A stretch of DNA of 64,000 nucleotides. Source: Marispirochaeta sp. Lineage in GTDB: Bacteria; Spirochaetota; Spirochaetia; JC444; Marispirochaetaceae. A program made the position numbers and the translations under genes. How positions within the stretch are numbered: the stretch's first letter is position 1; each line of letters begins with the position of its first letter. The stretch covers positions 64,001-128,000 of the forward strand of contig CAXXFF010000001.1 of NCBI GenBank assembly GCA_963676835.2, in the 5' to 3' direction. Below, in pieces: positions 10,145-19,305 of the stretch. The notes beneath the pieces were generated by a model. That model saw nothing but the letters and a program-made list of their open reading frames with translations. It was not told the origin of the DNA and searched no databases.

Positions 10145-11125
10145 CTAACGACGGCGACGAAGCATCCTGTCCAGCATTACAGATACAATAATTACCGCAC
10201 CGACGGCACTGCCCTGCCAGAACGGAGAAACCCCGATCAGGTTAAGTCCGTTATGAAGCACAGTAATAAGCAGTACTCCGATGAATGTACCAACCAGAGA
10301 CCCCTTTCCGCCGGCAAGGCTGCATCCACCGATTACAACTGCCGCTATTGTATCAAGCTCTATCCCGAGACCGGTATCCGGGTCTATGGCTCCAAGTCTT
10401 GATGTAAGAATAATGACCGCTACGGCACATAAAAATCCGGTGACAGCATACGCCATGGCCTTGTACAGCCTGACATTGACCCCGGCTAAGCGTGAAGCCT
10501 CTTCGTTACTGCCGATGGCATACCAGAAACGGCCGACTTTTGTACGGGTCAGCACAATATGACCGATAACAAAGAGCCCAATTAGAATTACCGTATAGAT
10601 GGGTATACCCATTATTTTTTCATAGCTGAAAAATCGGTAGCTTTGAGGTAGTCCGGTAACCGAATGTCCGTTTGTACTTACATAGGTAAGGGAACGGCTT
10701 ATGGACATTACGCCCAGGGTAACTATAAAAGGAGCAAGCTGGGCATACGCTATAAGCATTCCGTTTACCAGTCCAACCATTGTCCCGGTTATAAGAATTG
10801 TAACTACACCGGCTATCATTCCGTGGTTAAGCATGACGATTCCGCCGAACATTGCACTAATACCTGCAATGGCACCTACAGAAAGGTCTATTCCGAAAGT
10901 AAGAATTATAAATGTCTGACCAATGGCTATAATACCTACCATGGTTGCCTGCCAGAACAGGTTTCCGATATTTCCGATAGTCAGGAAACGGGGGGCAAGA
11001 ATACTTAAAAAGGCACATAATAGAAGAAATGCCGCAAGCATTGCCATCTCGACCCTGTATTCCCCGAGAAAAACCTTTGATTTTTGTTTTAAACTGCTAT
11101 TTATCACCATTTGCTCCTTGTGCAC
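10145..11125 (-). CDS. Sugar ABC transporter permease (RbsC-like)
   Basis: GIDLSVG, PFIVTLG, AIGSNEEASRLAG, ELDTIAAVVIGG. Confidence 0.93.
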   Translation of the reverse strand: MHKEQMVINSSLKQKSKVFLGEYRVEMAMLAAFLLLCAFLSILAPRFLTIGNIGNLFWQATMVGIIAIGQTFIILTFGIDLSVGAIAGISAMFGGIVMLNHGMIAGVVTILITGTMVGLVNGMLIAYAQLAPFIVTLGVMSISRSLTYVSTNGHSVTGLPQSYRFFSYEKIMGIPIYTVILIGLFVIGHIVLTRTKVGRFWYAIGSNEEASRLAGVNVRLYKAMAYAVTGFLCAVAVIILTSRLGAIDPDTGLGIELDTIAAVVIGGCSLAGGKGSLVGTFIGVLLITVLHNGLNLIGVSPFWQGSAVGAVIIVSVMLDRMLRRRR

Positions 11126-12608
11126 AATATGTAAGTATTATCTCTTCACTTGCCTCATGATGTTGCATCTCTTTAACAATTCTCCCTTCCCGCATTACAA
11201 GAATACGATCTGAAAGTGCAAGAATTTCCGGAAGTTCAGATGATACAAGAATGATGGCGACACCGCCGGCTGCAAGTTTATCGATCAGGTTATAGATTTC
11301 AAACTTGGCTCCGATATCTATACCCCTGGTAGGCTCATCGAGAATAAGCACATCCGGTTTGTTGGCCAGCCACTTTCCGATAACGACCTTCTGCTGATTT
11401 CCGCCGCTTAAAGACTCAACAGCAGAATTGGCAGTATCGGTCTTTATTTTAAGATCTTTGACCATCTGATTAACAATGCTGTTTTCAGTACCTTTGTTTA
11501 TCCAGAAATGTTTATCCCTGGTAAAATAGGAAAGGGTTATATTGTTTCTTACCGGCAGCTTTATCAGAACACCATGGTTCTTCCGATCTTCCGGCACCAT
11601 TGCAATCCCGGCCTTTACAGCCTCAGCGGGTGATTTAAAATCAACCTCCCGGTCCATAACTGTTACTGTGCCGCTGTCCGGTTTATCTGCACCGAAGAGA
11701 AGGCGGACAAGTTCGGTGCGCCCTGCACCTACAAGGCCGGACAGACCGAGAATTTCCCCCCTGCTTACATGCAGGGAACAGTCTATAACCCGGTCTCCCC
11801 TGTTAAGGTTGGCAGCTTTAACCAGTACCTCACCTGCTTCATTCCGGTTGCGGATACTGAACATATTACCGATATCCCGTCCAACCATGGCGGTAATCAG
11901 CTCGTCTGCAGTGGTGTTGTCTTTAATAAACTCTTTAACCTTCTTTCCATCCCGCAAAACGACAATCCTGTCGCTTATCTCCATGATTTCCTCAAGACGA
12001 TGGCTGACAAAGATTATGGTTACCCCTTCCGCTTTCAGCTTTCGCAGCAGACCAAACAGCTTTGCAGTTTCCGAACTGGTCAGAGTGGCGGTCGGCTCAT
12101 CAAGAATAAGAAGTTTGGATGAAACAGAAACCGCCTTTGCGACTTCCACGAGCTGCTGTTCCGCGACAGAAAGAGATTCAACCTTGCGTGCGGGATCAAG
12201 ATGAAGATCGATATCCACCTTGTCAAAAAGCTCTTTTGTATTTTTATTAATCCGTTTTCTGTTAAGCCAGACACCACCTGAATAGGTCTCTTTGTCGGTA
12301 AGAAAAATGTTTTCGGCAATACTGAGATGCGGCACAAAACTGAATTCCTGAAGCACAATGGATATTCCTGCGTGTACCGCATCCCTGATACTCCTGAAAT
12401 GTACTTCATTGCCGTCAAAAATAACGGTTCCATTATCCCGTCCGATTATTCCGGAAATTATTTTTGCCAGGGTAGATTTACCTGCCCCGTTTTCACCGAT
12501 CAACGCAAGTACTTCGCCTTTTTTAACTTCCACACTGACAGAATCCAGCGCCTGAATCCCTCCGAAGCTTTTACTTACATCTTTTATGCTTAATAGATTC
12601 TCGTCCAA
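11097..12608 (-). CDS. Sugar ABC transporter ATP-binding protein (RbsA-like, tandem NBDs)
   Basis: GENGAGKST, LDEPT, LSGGNQQKV, DEPTRGIDIG; start placed at TTG 12608 behind GGGAG RBS and downstream of the sigma54 promoter. Confidence 0.93.
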   Translation of the reverse strand: MDENLLSIKDVSKSFGGIQALDSVSVEVKKGEVLALIGENGAGKSTLAKIISGIIGRDNGTVIFDGNEVHFRSIRDAVHAGISIVLQEFSFVPHLSIAENIFLTDKETYSGGVWLNRKRINKNTKELFDKVDIDLHLDPARKVESLSVAEQQLVEVAKAVSVSSKLLILDEPTATLTSSETAKLFGLLRKLKAEGVTIIFVSHRLEEIMEISDRIVVLRDGKKVKEFIKDNTTADELITAMVGRDIGNMFSIRNRNEAGEVLVKAANLNRGDRVIDCSLHVSRGEILGLSGLVGAGRTELVRLLFGADKPDSGTVTVMDREVDFKSPAEAVKAGIAMVPEDRKNHGVLIKLPVRNNITLSYFTRDKHFWINKGTENSIVNQMVKDLKIKTDTANSAVESLSGGNQQKVVIGKWLANKPDVLILDEPTRGIDIGAKFEIYNLIDKLAAGGVAIILVSSELPEILALSDRILVMREGRIVKEMQHHEASEEIILTYCAQGANGDK

Positions 12609-12644
12609 ACTTTCTCTCCCGGCGTTTGACTTATATCTGTTCAA

Positions 12645-12661
12645 TGCAGGATCAATGCCAA
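12645..12661 (-). promoter_or_regulatory. Sigma54 (-24/-12) promoter of the ABC operon
   Basis: Minus strand TTGGCATTGATCCTGCA = GG-N10-GC; adjacent gene encodes a sigma54 activator. Confidence 0.78.
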
Positions 12662-12747
12662 TACCAAAGTGATTAATGTAATTTGTATAATGCCAATGAA
12701 TTATAGTTTAAGCTCAGTTCCAGAGCTGCCGGTGAGTAACTGGTATT

Positions 12748-12795
12748 GGGAATACATTTACCCGGAAACGGGAACCTGCGGGTAAATTTTTACCC
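12748..12795. promoter_or_regulatory. Two candidate enhancer (UAS) sites for the sigma54 activator
   Basis: GGGAATACATTTACCC (12748-63) and GGGTAAATTTTTACCC (12780-95), 32 bp apart, ~90-135 bp upstream of the -24 box, AT-rich spacer between. Confidence 0.65.
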
Positions 12796-12841
12796 ACATA
12801 TTTTTCTTGACGGCCTGTGTCCAGCGTACAATACTATTGTG

Positions 12842-14155
12842 ATGATTTTTCGTATTCTGATAGTTGATGATGAGCCTGAAGTATGCAGTTCCTTATGTGA
12901 AATATTAGCCGAAAACGGCTATGACACTGATTATCTTACCAACCCCACCCTGGTTTTCGCCTATTTGCAGGAAAACCGGATAGATCTGATTCTTCTGGAT
13001 ATAAGGATGCCCGGCATTGGTGGTATAGACCTTCTGGAACAGATCCGCGGAAATCATCCGGATACAGGTATAATTGTAATTTCCGGTTTCGCCACAGTTG
13101 AACATGCGGTTAAAGCCATGAAATACGGCGCCATAAATCTTCTTACCAAACCACTTAAGATATCAACCTTACTGATTGAAATTCAGCAGTTTTTCAGCAG
13201 CAGAATTATCCGGTCAAAAGTGAGCGATGAAAACTCCATAGTAACGGCGGACCCTGCGGTAAATAGTATAGTTTCCCAGGTTAAAGTTGCCGCATCCACG
13301 CCGGCACCGGTACTTATTCAGGGTGAAAGCGGAACCGGCAAGGAACTTATTGCAGAAATGCTGCACCGGCACAGCAAGCGCGCCGCAAACCCGCTTACAA
13401 AAATCAATTGTGCAGCCATTCCTGAACACCTTCTCGAAAGTGAACTGTTCGGCTACGAAAAAGGGGCATTTACCGACGCGAAAGAGAAGAAAACCGGACT
13501 GCTTGAGTATGCAGACAAGGGAACTGTGTTTCTTGATGAAATCGGTGATATGAGCATTCACACCCAGGCAAAAATGCTGAGAGTACTTCAGGATAAGCAG
13601 TTTACCCGGGTTGGCGGAATTCACCCCATACAGAGTGACTTCAGGATCATTGCCGCTACCAATAAAAATCTCAAAGAAGAGGTTGCCAGAGGCAACTTCC
13701 GCAAAGATCTTTATTACCGACTCACGGTAGTAGAGATCAATATGCCGCCCTTGCGTGAACGATCCGGAGATATACTGCTTCTGGTAAATCACTTTATTAA
13801 ATATTTCAACAGCGTATACGAAAAAAACATACTCAACATAGGCCCCCGGGCACAGAAGGCTCTTGAGCAGCATATCTGGCCGGGAAACATACGGGAGCTT
13901 AAAAACGTCGTGGAACGGGCGGTTATTTTCAGCCCGGGGAACACTATTGATTTATCATGCCTGCCGGAACAATACCGGAGCATATTCAGCTCACCGGAAA
14001 CAGAGGAGTTCTCAAACCGTTACGATTCTGTCAGCAGAGAGATAATTATGGATGCCCTCTCCCGCTCCAATGGAGTCCGTCAGGAAGCGGCCAGACTTCT
14101 GCATATAAGCCGTAAAACGCTGTACAACCGTATGCGCAGACTTAATATACAATGA
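12842..14155 (+). CDS. Sigma54-dependent response regulator (NtrC/AtoC family)
   Basis: Receiver (IVDDE, LLDIRMP), GESGTGKE, GAFTDA, LDEIGD, WPGNIREL, Fis-type HTH. Confidence 0.95.
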   Translation: MIFRILIVDDEPEVCSSLCEILAENGYDTDYLTNPTLVFAYLQENRIDLILLDIRMPGIGGIDLLEQIRGNHPDTGIIVISGFATVEHAVKAMKYGAINLLTKPLKISTLLIEIQQFFSSRIIRSKVSDENSIVTADPAVNSIVSQVKVAASTPAPVLIQGESGTGKELIAEMLHRHSKRAANPLTKINCAAIPEHLLESELFGYEKGAFTDAKEKKTGLLEYADKGTVFLDEIGDMSIHTQAKMLRVLQDKQFTRVGGIHPIQSDFRIIAATNKNLKEEVARGNFRKDLYYRLTVVEINMPPLRERSGDILLLVNHFIKYFNSVYEKNILNIGPRAQKALEQHIWPGNIRELKNVVERAVIFSPGNTIDLSCLPEQYRSIFSSPETEEFSNRYDSVSREIIMDALSRSNGVRQEAARLLHISRKTLYNRMRRLNIQ

Positions 14156-15984
14156 ACAGGTCTGCCCCCACAGCCAATACGCCTCTGCTGAAAATGCGCA
14201 ATATTCATGTTTCCTATGGCTCTTTAAAGGCCTTGAACGGTGTGGACTTCGACCTCTACCGTGGAGAAATCCATGCACTTATGGGCGAGCACAGAGCAGG
14301 AAAATCCACCCTGGTAAAACTGCTCTCCGGCGCAGAAAAACGCGATCGGGGGGAAATATTCATAAAAGGTAAATCCTGCGGTCATCTTAGTCCGGAAAGC
14401 TCCATGAAGCATGGCATCGGCATTGTTTATCAGAATCTGATGGTCATACCGGATTTGAATACAATAGAGAATATCTTTTCTCCCAACCTGAAGATCAACA
14501 GATTCGGTCTCCTTGATCAACAGTCAATGCTCAAGACTACTGCATCCCTGCTGGAACGTCTGGACTGCCGTTTTGACTGCAGGATACCCCTTAACCGTCT
14601 GACAGTTGGTAATCAGCTTATGGTTGAGTTTGCCAGGGCACTTCGTATCAATCCTGCTATCCTGATTCTGGATGAAATTTCCAACAAGCTGACACCCCAG
14701 GAAATGAAAAGTGTCTACCGTATAATGTTTGATCTGAAACACAGCGGCACCAGCATTATCTACATCAGCCACGATATGGATGAGATTCAGCGAATTGCAG
14801 ACCGGGTCACAATTCTTAAAAACGGATACCGCAGAGAAACCGAAATGGTCCGCAACCTCAGTCAATTGCGACTGGTACAGATGACATATTCCTTTTCTGC
14901 AAAACAGGAAAGGCTTGATCAGCATGATGAAAGTTTTGCCCAGGTTAAAAAACATTTTGAAAGTGTCATACAGGACTTCCCCGCTGGAATTCTTCTAATC
15001 GATAGACAGAAAAAAGTTCAGCTTATGAATTTTGAAGCGGTGAATATAATCGGCCTTCCTCAAAAAAGATTTGAAGATTTTCCCATCTCCGATCTTTCCT
15101 TTCTGCGTGAACCGATGCTTTCGCAACTGATAGAGGCGATAGACAATCAGGAGCAGTGGTCTTCCGGTGAAACAGAAACAAGTGATGGTAAAAATCTCAG
15201 CCTGAAAACTTTTCCTATTCGCAACGATGAACAGCAGTTTATAGGAACTACCCTCCTCATTCAGGACGAATCTCTGACAAAATGTATTGATGACTACCTG
15301 ATTCAGACCGAGAAAATGGCCTCGGTTGCAGAAGTTGCGGTGGGGGTGGCCCATGAAATTAATAACCCTCTCTGCATAATCCAGAATTACATAGAGTTAA
15401 TACGGGGAAGAAACAGCGACGATGACACGTTGTTAAAAATAAGCAAGATAGAAAACGAACTGGAGCGTATAGTATCCATAATTTCCAGTCTTCTTTCGTT
15501 CAGCAGGATACAGGCACTGCCGGGAAACATGATTGATGTTGGTTCGGTATTGAATGAGGTACTGCTCCTGCTGGGCCATTCCCTGAATGACAAGCGGGTT
15601 GAGTTAGAGTGGAAACCACCCAGGACCGCCTACTATGTCGCAGGCAATGAGAATAAACTGAAACAGGTATTTATGAACCTTATTATGAACAGTCTTGAAG
15701 CAGTCCTGGATAGCGGCAGAATTGAGGTCAGGATTAAAAGTTCCAGAAGCAATGAATTCGTGGATATATTTATTCAGGACACTGGAGCCGGTATTCCCGA
15801 AGAAATTGCTGAAAACATTTTTAATCCGTTTTATACCACGAAAATAAGCAGAAAAAACAGCGGCTTAGGGCTGTCGATATGCAGGCATATAGTTGAGGAG
15901 CATAAGGGAACAATAGGCTTTAAAAGCACCCCGGGAGAATCTACGGTTTTTACTGTGAGGTTGCCTCTGGCGAGAACCTCTTAA
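14152..15984 (+). CDS. ABC-ATPase-like domain fused to PAS-like domain and histidine kinase
   Basis: N-term ALMGEHRAGKST...ILILDEIS...ISH (RbsA NBD1-like); C-term VAHEINNPL, QVFMNLIMNS, DTGAGI, FNPFYTTK, GLGLS; no TM segment seen. Confidence 0.88.
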   Translation: MNRSAPTANTPLLKMRNIHVSYGSLKALNGVDFDLYRGEIHALMGEHRAGKSTLVKLLSGAEKRDRGEIFIKGKSCGHLSPESSMKHGIGIVYQNLMVIPDLNTIENIFSPNLKINRFGLLDQQSMLKTTASLLERLDCRFDCRIPLNRLTVGNQLMVEFARALRINPAILILDEISNKLTPQEMKSVYRIMFDLKHSGTSIIYISHDMDEIQRIADRVTILKNGYRRETEMVRNLSQLRLVQMTYSFSAKQERLDQHDESFAQVKKHFESVIQDFPAGILLIDRQKKVQLMNFEAVNIIGLPQKRFEDFPISDLSFLREPMLSQLIEAIDNQEQWSSGETETSDGKNLSLKTFPIRNDEQQFIGTTLLIQDESLTKCIDDYLIQTEKMASVAEVAVGVAHEINNPLCIIQNYIELIRGRNSDDDTLLKISKIENELERIVSIISSLLSFSRIQALPGNMIDVGSVLNEVLLLLGHSLNDKRVELEWKPPRTAYYVAGNENKLKQVFMNLIMNSLEAVLDSGRIEVRIKSSRSNEFVDIFIQDTGAGIPEEIAENIFNPFYTTKISRKNSGLGLSICRHIVEEHKGTIGFKSTPGESTVFTVRLPLARTS

Positions 15985-16020
15985 CTGCCTGGAAACTCAG
16001 CAAAAACCTGTTTTTCCATC

Positions 16021-16929
16021 TTATTTGTCAGACTTCTTACTATCTATTCGTTCGACTTCCACCGGTAGTCTTTCCGGAGGATGTACCTCAAGCAGGCCGG
16101 ATCCTCTTCTATGAAAGAGGGACACTATTCCACAGTCCCATTTCAGATGCTTTCTAATATACAACTCCACATCATAACGCGTTCTATCGTGAAGTCCTCT
16201 ATGAACGGTAACGATTGTGTCGGTATGGTTTACTATCGGGCATATCCTATCCAGGGATTCAAGTGTTATATCCTGATCATAGGGGATCTCCGGAGGCAAT
16301 TCCAACGCAACAAGTATCGCACAATTATGTTCTCTTGCACTCTCCTGCAGAAGCCGAATCTTTTCTACAATATTTGTATCACGTACAGTCAAACCATCAA
16401 TAATAACAAGTTTTACATCCTGAATATCTTTCACAGGGTCTTCTGACCCGGGAGGTAAATAGTAGAACGCTTCACCAACCTCGGGCATAAACGGATTGTG
16501 AATCACATTAAAAGAATTGACGGAGATAACGGTCATGGGCGCACCAGCTATATGATTTGCTGCTTTCTCCAAGACCTCTTCATCATAATCACTGGCGGAA
16601 AACGGAATCCCTGCCAATTCCCGCACAAACAATTCTAATTGGTACTCTATATCCGAGTGGCTACTTACAAGGCTGACAGGTATACGCTTTAATACACTTA
16701 ATCGATACAGAATAGTCCTTAGAACCGTACTTTTACCCACCCTGGCTGCCCCAGCCAACAGGTGCAGCCCTGATTTAGTAAATCCACCGCCGAATGCTTT
16801 ATCGAGGGTTTTTAATCCGGTTCTTAAAAATGGAGTATATGAATCATCATCGATAGAATGCTGAATCCGCCGGACAGCTTCCTTAACAGCATCATCTATA
16901 TCGATATTCACAACACCATCTTTGCACAT
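16021..16929 (-). CDS. DnaB-like helicase C-terminal (RecA-fold) domain protein
   Basis: TGLKTLDKAFGGGF..SGLHLLAGAARVGKST, LVIIDGL, AREHNCAILV, TDTIVTVHR; lacks DnaB N-terminal domain; GGAGG RBS. Confidence 0.75.
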   Translation of the reverse strand: MCKDGVVNIDIDDAVKEAVRRIQHSIDDDSYTPFLRTGLKTLDKAFGGGFTKSGLHLLAGAARVGKSTVLRTILYRLSVLKRIPVSLVSSHSDIEYQLELFVRELAGIPFSASDYDEEVLEKAANHIAGAPMTVISVNSFNVIHNPFMPEVGEAFYYLPPGSEDPVKDIQDVKLVIIDGLTVRDTNIVEKIRLLQESAREHNCAILVALELPPEIPYDQDITLESLDRICPIVNHTDTIVTVHRGLHDRTRYDVELYIRKHLKWDCGIVSLFHRRGSGLLEVHPPERLPVEVERIDSKKSDK

Positions 16930-17113
16930 GGTTTACCTCCATTAATCTGAATTGAAAAACTACTGATCGCCTTAGGGTTAACGTTTCGGCAATAATCACC
17001 TGAATTTGCCGATAAAATGGTCTTTCGCTCTGCCGATATATCTTCGACAAATACTTTGCAGTCACTTCGCCATAAGCTGATTCTTTTCATGTTATAGATG
17101 TTATGTTCGGTCC

Positions 17114-17130
17114 ACGTCATATTATGTCGT
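17114..17130. promoter_or_regulatory. Candidate WYL operator 1
   Basis: ACGTCA-TATTA-TGTCGT between divergent DnaB-like and WYL genes; TAnnnT hexamers 10 bp (left) and 11 bp (right) away. Confidence 0.7.
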
Positions 17131-17171
17131 TTATATTTTTTTATTGTGCTTCCAGGTAAAATATAAGTACA

Positions 17172-18167
17172 ATGGGCGATATGAGTTTCAGAGCACAAAT
17201 AACCCGCATAAATTATATTGATCAACGTTTACGCAACATGAAAGACTACCCTTCCTCCAATCAGCTTCTTCAGGGGCTTCTGGATGCAACCGGTGAAACT
17301 GTCTGCAAACGAACAATGCAGCGGGATATTACCTGGATGCGGGATGAGGGTGCTCCTATAGAATATGACAGCCGCAACAGAGGCTATTACTACTCCCACG
17401 AAAACTGGCAGATGCCGGCCATCAGCATGACAGAAGGAGACCTGCTTGCACTTCTGGTGGCAGACCGGGCCTTGTCAGGTTACCGAAACAGCCCCTATTA
17501 CGATAAATTGAAGCAGGTTTTCGAGCGACTGACACACCTCCTGCCGGAGAAGGTAACGGTTGCCTCCGAGGACCTGGCAGCGGGTGTATCGGTTGTCAGC
17601 GATCCTGTTACTAGAATCTACCCGGAAATATGGGACCTGATTCGGGAAGGAATGGACAGCCGCAAATCGGTCGGCATACAGTACCAGAGCCCCGGGTATT
17701 CCGAAGCGGTGGAAAGGACTATCGACCCCCTGCATATCGTTGGCCACCGGGGCGAGTGGTATGTACTGGGCTGGTGCCACAGGAAGGAGCAGGTACGTAT
17801 CTATGCCTTTGCCAGAATCAAGTACTGCAAGGTAACCGGAAAATCATTTCAGCCGCCGGAAGGGTTTAAAGCGGAAAACTATATTGACCCAAACATCGGT
17901 ATTTTTGTCAGCGAAGAGTCTGTGGATATGCTTATCCGCTTTAAAAATGAGGCGGCGGTAAAAATTCAGGAACGGAGATGGCATCCGGACCAGCAGATTA
18001 CAAAAAACCCCGACGGCAGCATAACCCTATCCTTCAACACAAATCAGCAGTCTCAAATTCTCTTCTGGGTATCCCAGTGGGGACCGGATGCGGAGATTCT
18101 GAAACCTGAAGGGCTGCGGCAAAGAGCGAAGGAACGGTTTGAGGCGATGGCAGCGTTGTACAGGTAG
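17172..18167 (+). CDS. WYL-domain transcriptional regulator (HTH-WYL-WCX, DriD/PafBC-like)
   Basis: N-terminal HTH (CKRTMQRDITWMR...GYYY), RTIDPLHI..GEWYV.GWC...RIYAFARI, C-terminal WGPDAEILKPEGLR. Confidence 0.93.
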   Translation: MGDMSFRAQITRINYIDQRLRNMKDYPSSNQLLQGLLDATGETVCKRTMQRDITWMRDEGAPIEYDSRNRGYYYSHENWQMPAISMTEGDLLALLVADRALSGYRNSPYYDKLKQVFERLTHLLPEKVTVASEDLAAGVSVVSDPVTRIYPEIWDLIREGMDSRKSVGIQYQSPGYSEAVERTIDPLHIVGHRGEWYVLGWCHRKEQVRIYAFARIKYCKVTGKSFQPPEGFKAENYIDPNIGIFVSEESVDMLIRFKNEAAVKIQERRWHPDQQITKNPDGSITLSFNTNQQSQILFWVSQWGPDAEILKPEGLRQRAKERFEAMAALYR

Positions 18168-18176
18168 AATTTCAGC

Positions 18177-18270
18177 CTAGTCAACAGCCCAGCCTTCGAA
18201 TATGATAGCGTCTACTGATGTATATTCCCATTGATCATCACCATCCATATTGTTGAAAACAATCGGATCA
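18177..18270 (-). pseudogene. Duplicated 3' end of the 18986-19249 gene
   Basis: Encodes DPIVFNNMDGDDQWEYTSVDAIIFEGWAVD* vs DPIVIHNMDGDDQWEYTSVNAIIYDGWAVD*; 38-bp identical core. Confidence 0.9.
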
Positions 18271-18318
18271 ACAATAAAATAGTAATCCCTTATAATTAAT
18301 AATTGCTTGAAAAGCAGA

Positions 18319-18358
18319 CTCCGATGTGTATATTATAACCATTATATACACATCGGAG
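18319..18358. promoter_or_regulatory. vapBC autoregulatory operator
   Basis: Perfect 14-bp inverted repeat CTCCGATGTGTATA/TATACACATCGGAG overlapping the promoter and RBS. Confidence 0.75.
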
Positions 18359-18366
18359 GCAGGCAT

Positions 18367-18561
18367 ATGCGAACAAATATCGTGATTGATGATAGTTTAA
18401 TGAATCAAGCCATTGAATTATCCGGATATAAAACAAAGAAGGAAACTGTCGAAGAAGCATTACGTATGCTGATCAAATTCAAACAGCAGAATGCTATAAG
18501 ATCATTAAGGGGAAAATTAAAATGGGAAGGTGATCTTGATGCAATGAGAAATGATAAATGA
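18367..18561 (+). CDS. vapB: Type II TA antitoxin VapB
   Basis: MRTNIVIDDSLM...TKKETVEEALR...LRGKLKWEGDLDAMR; ATGA overlap with PIN gene. Confidence 0.92.
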   Translation: MRTNIVIDDSLMNQAIELSGYKTKKETVEEALRMLIKFKQQNAIRSLRGKLKWEGDLDAMRNDK

Positions 18562-18950
18562 TTGTTGTGGATACATCAGCCTGGATAGACTATTTTAACG
18601 GAAAAACAGCTCCTCATACAGATAGATTGGATAAAGATTTAGGAATAGAAAGAGTAATTATAGGAGATTTGATAATTACAGAATTACTGCAGGGATTTAA
18701 AAACGACACAGAGTATGGAATAGCCAAGAAATTATTAGAAAGTCTGGAATATAGAGATTTCGTAGGTAAAAAAATCGCAATCCAGGCAGCAGATAATTAT
18801 AGATATTTACGAAAAACGGGAGTAACTGTTAGAAAAACAATAGATGTTATAATAGCTACTTTTTGTATAGAAAATGAATACGAACTAATCCATAACGACA
18901 AAGATTTCGACCCATTTGAAGAATATCTCGGGTTAAAGATTAGAAATTAA
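18558..18950 (+). CDS. vapC: Type II TA PIN-domain toxin VapC
   Basis: IVVDTSAWIDY, ELLQG, TIDVIIA, HNDKDF. Confidence 0.94.
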   Translation: MIVVDTSAWIDYFNGKTAPHTDRLDKDLGIERVIIGDLIITELLQGFKNDTEYGIAKKLLESLEYRDFVGKKIAIQAADNYRYLRKTGVTVRKTIDVIIATFCIENEYELIHNDKDFDPFEEYLGLKIRN

Positions 18951-18985
18951 AAATCTTAGTCTGAGAGCTTAATCTGCCCGCCTGC

Positions 18986-19249
18986 TCAGTCGACAGCCCA
19001 TCCATCGTAGATGATGGCATTAACTGATGTATATTCCCATTGATCATCACCATCCATATTATGGATAACAATAGGGTCATCGGTTTTTCGGGTCATATAG
19101 GAAGGGTCGTTTTCTATATAGCCATAGATACGTCCATCGTCCTTTCGTTTCTTAAGAATGCATTTGGGCCCGGGGAAACCGCCATCAAGCATATCTTCCA
19201 GTGTTTTCCGGCTCATTTCAGTTAATTCATCAGACCAGCTATTTTTCAT
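18986..19249 (-). CDS. Hypothetical protein (87 aa)
   Basis: AAGGAG RBS; C-terminus conserved at amino-acid level in the duplicate at 18177-18270. Confidence 0.75.
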   Translation of the reverse strand: MKNSWSDELTEMSRKTLEDMLDGGFPGPKCILKKRKDDGRIYGYIENDPSYMTRKTDDPIVIHNMDGDDQWEYTSVNAIIYDGWAVD

Positions 19250-19305
19250 ATAAAATCTCCTTGTAATGTTTATTGCATCTGCCTACCAAAGAAGCATCCA
19301 TAGAT

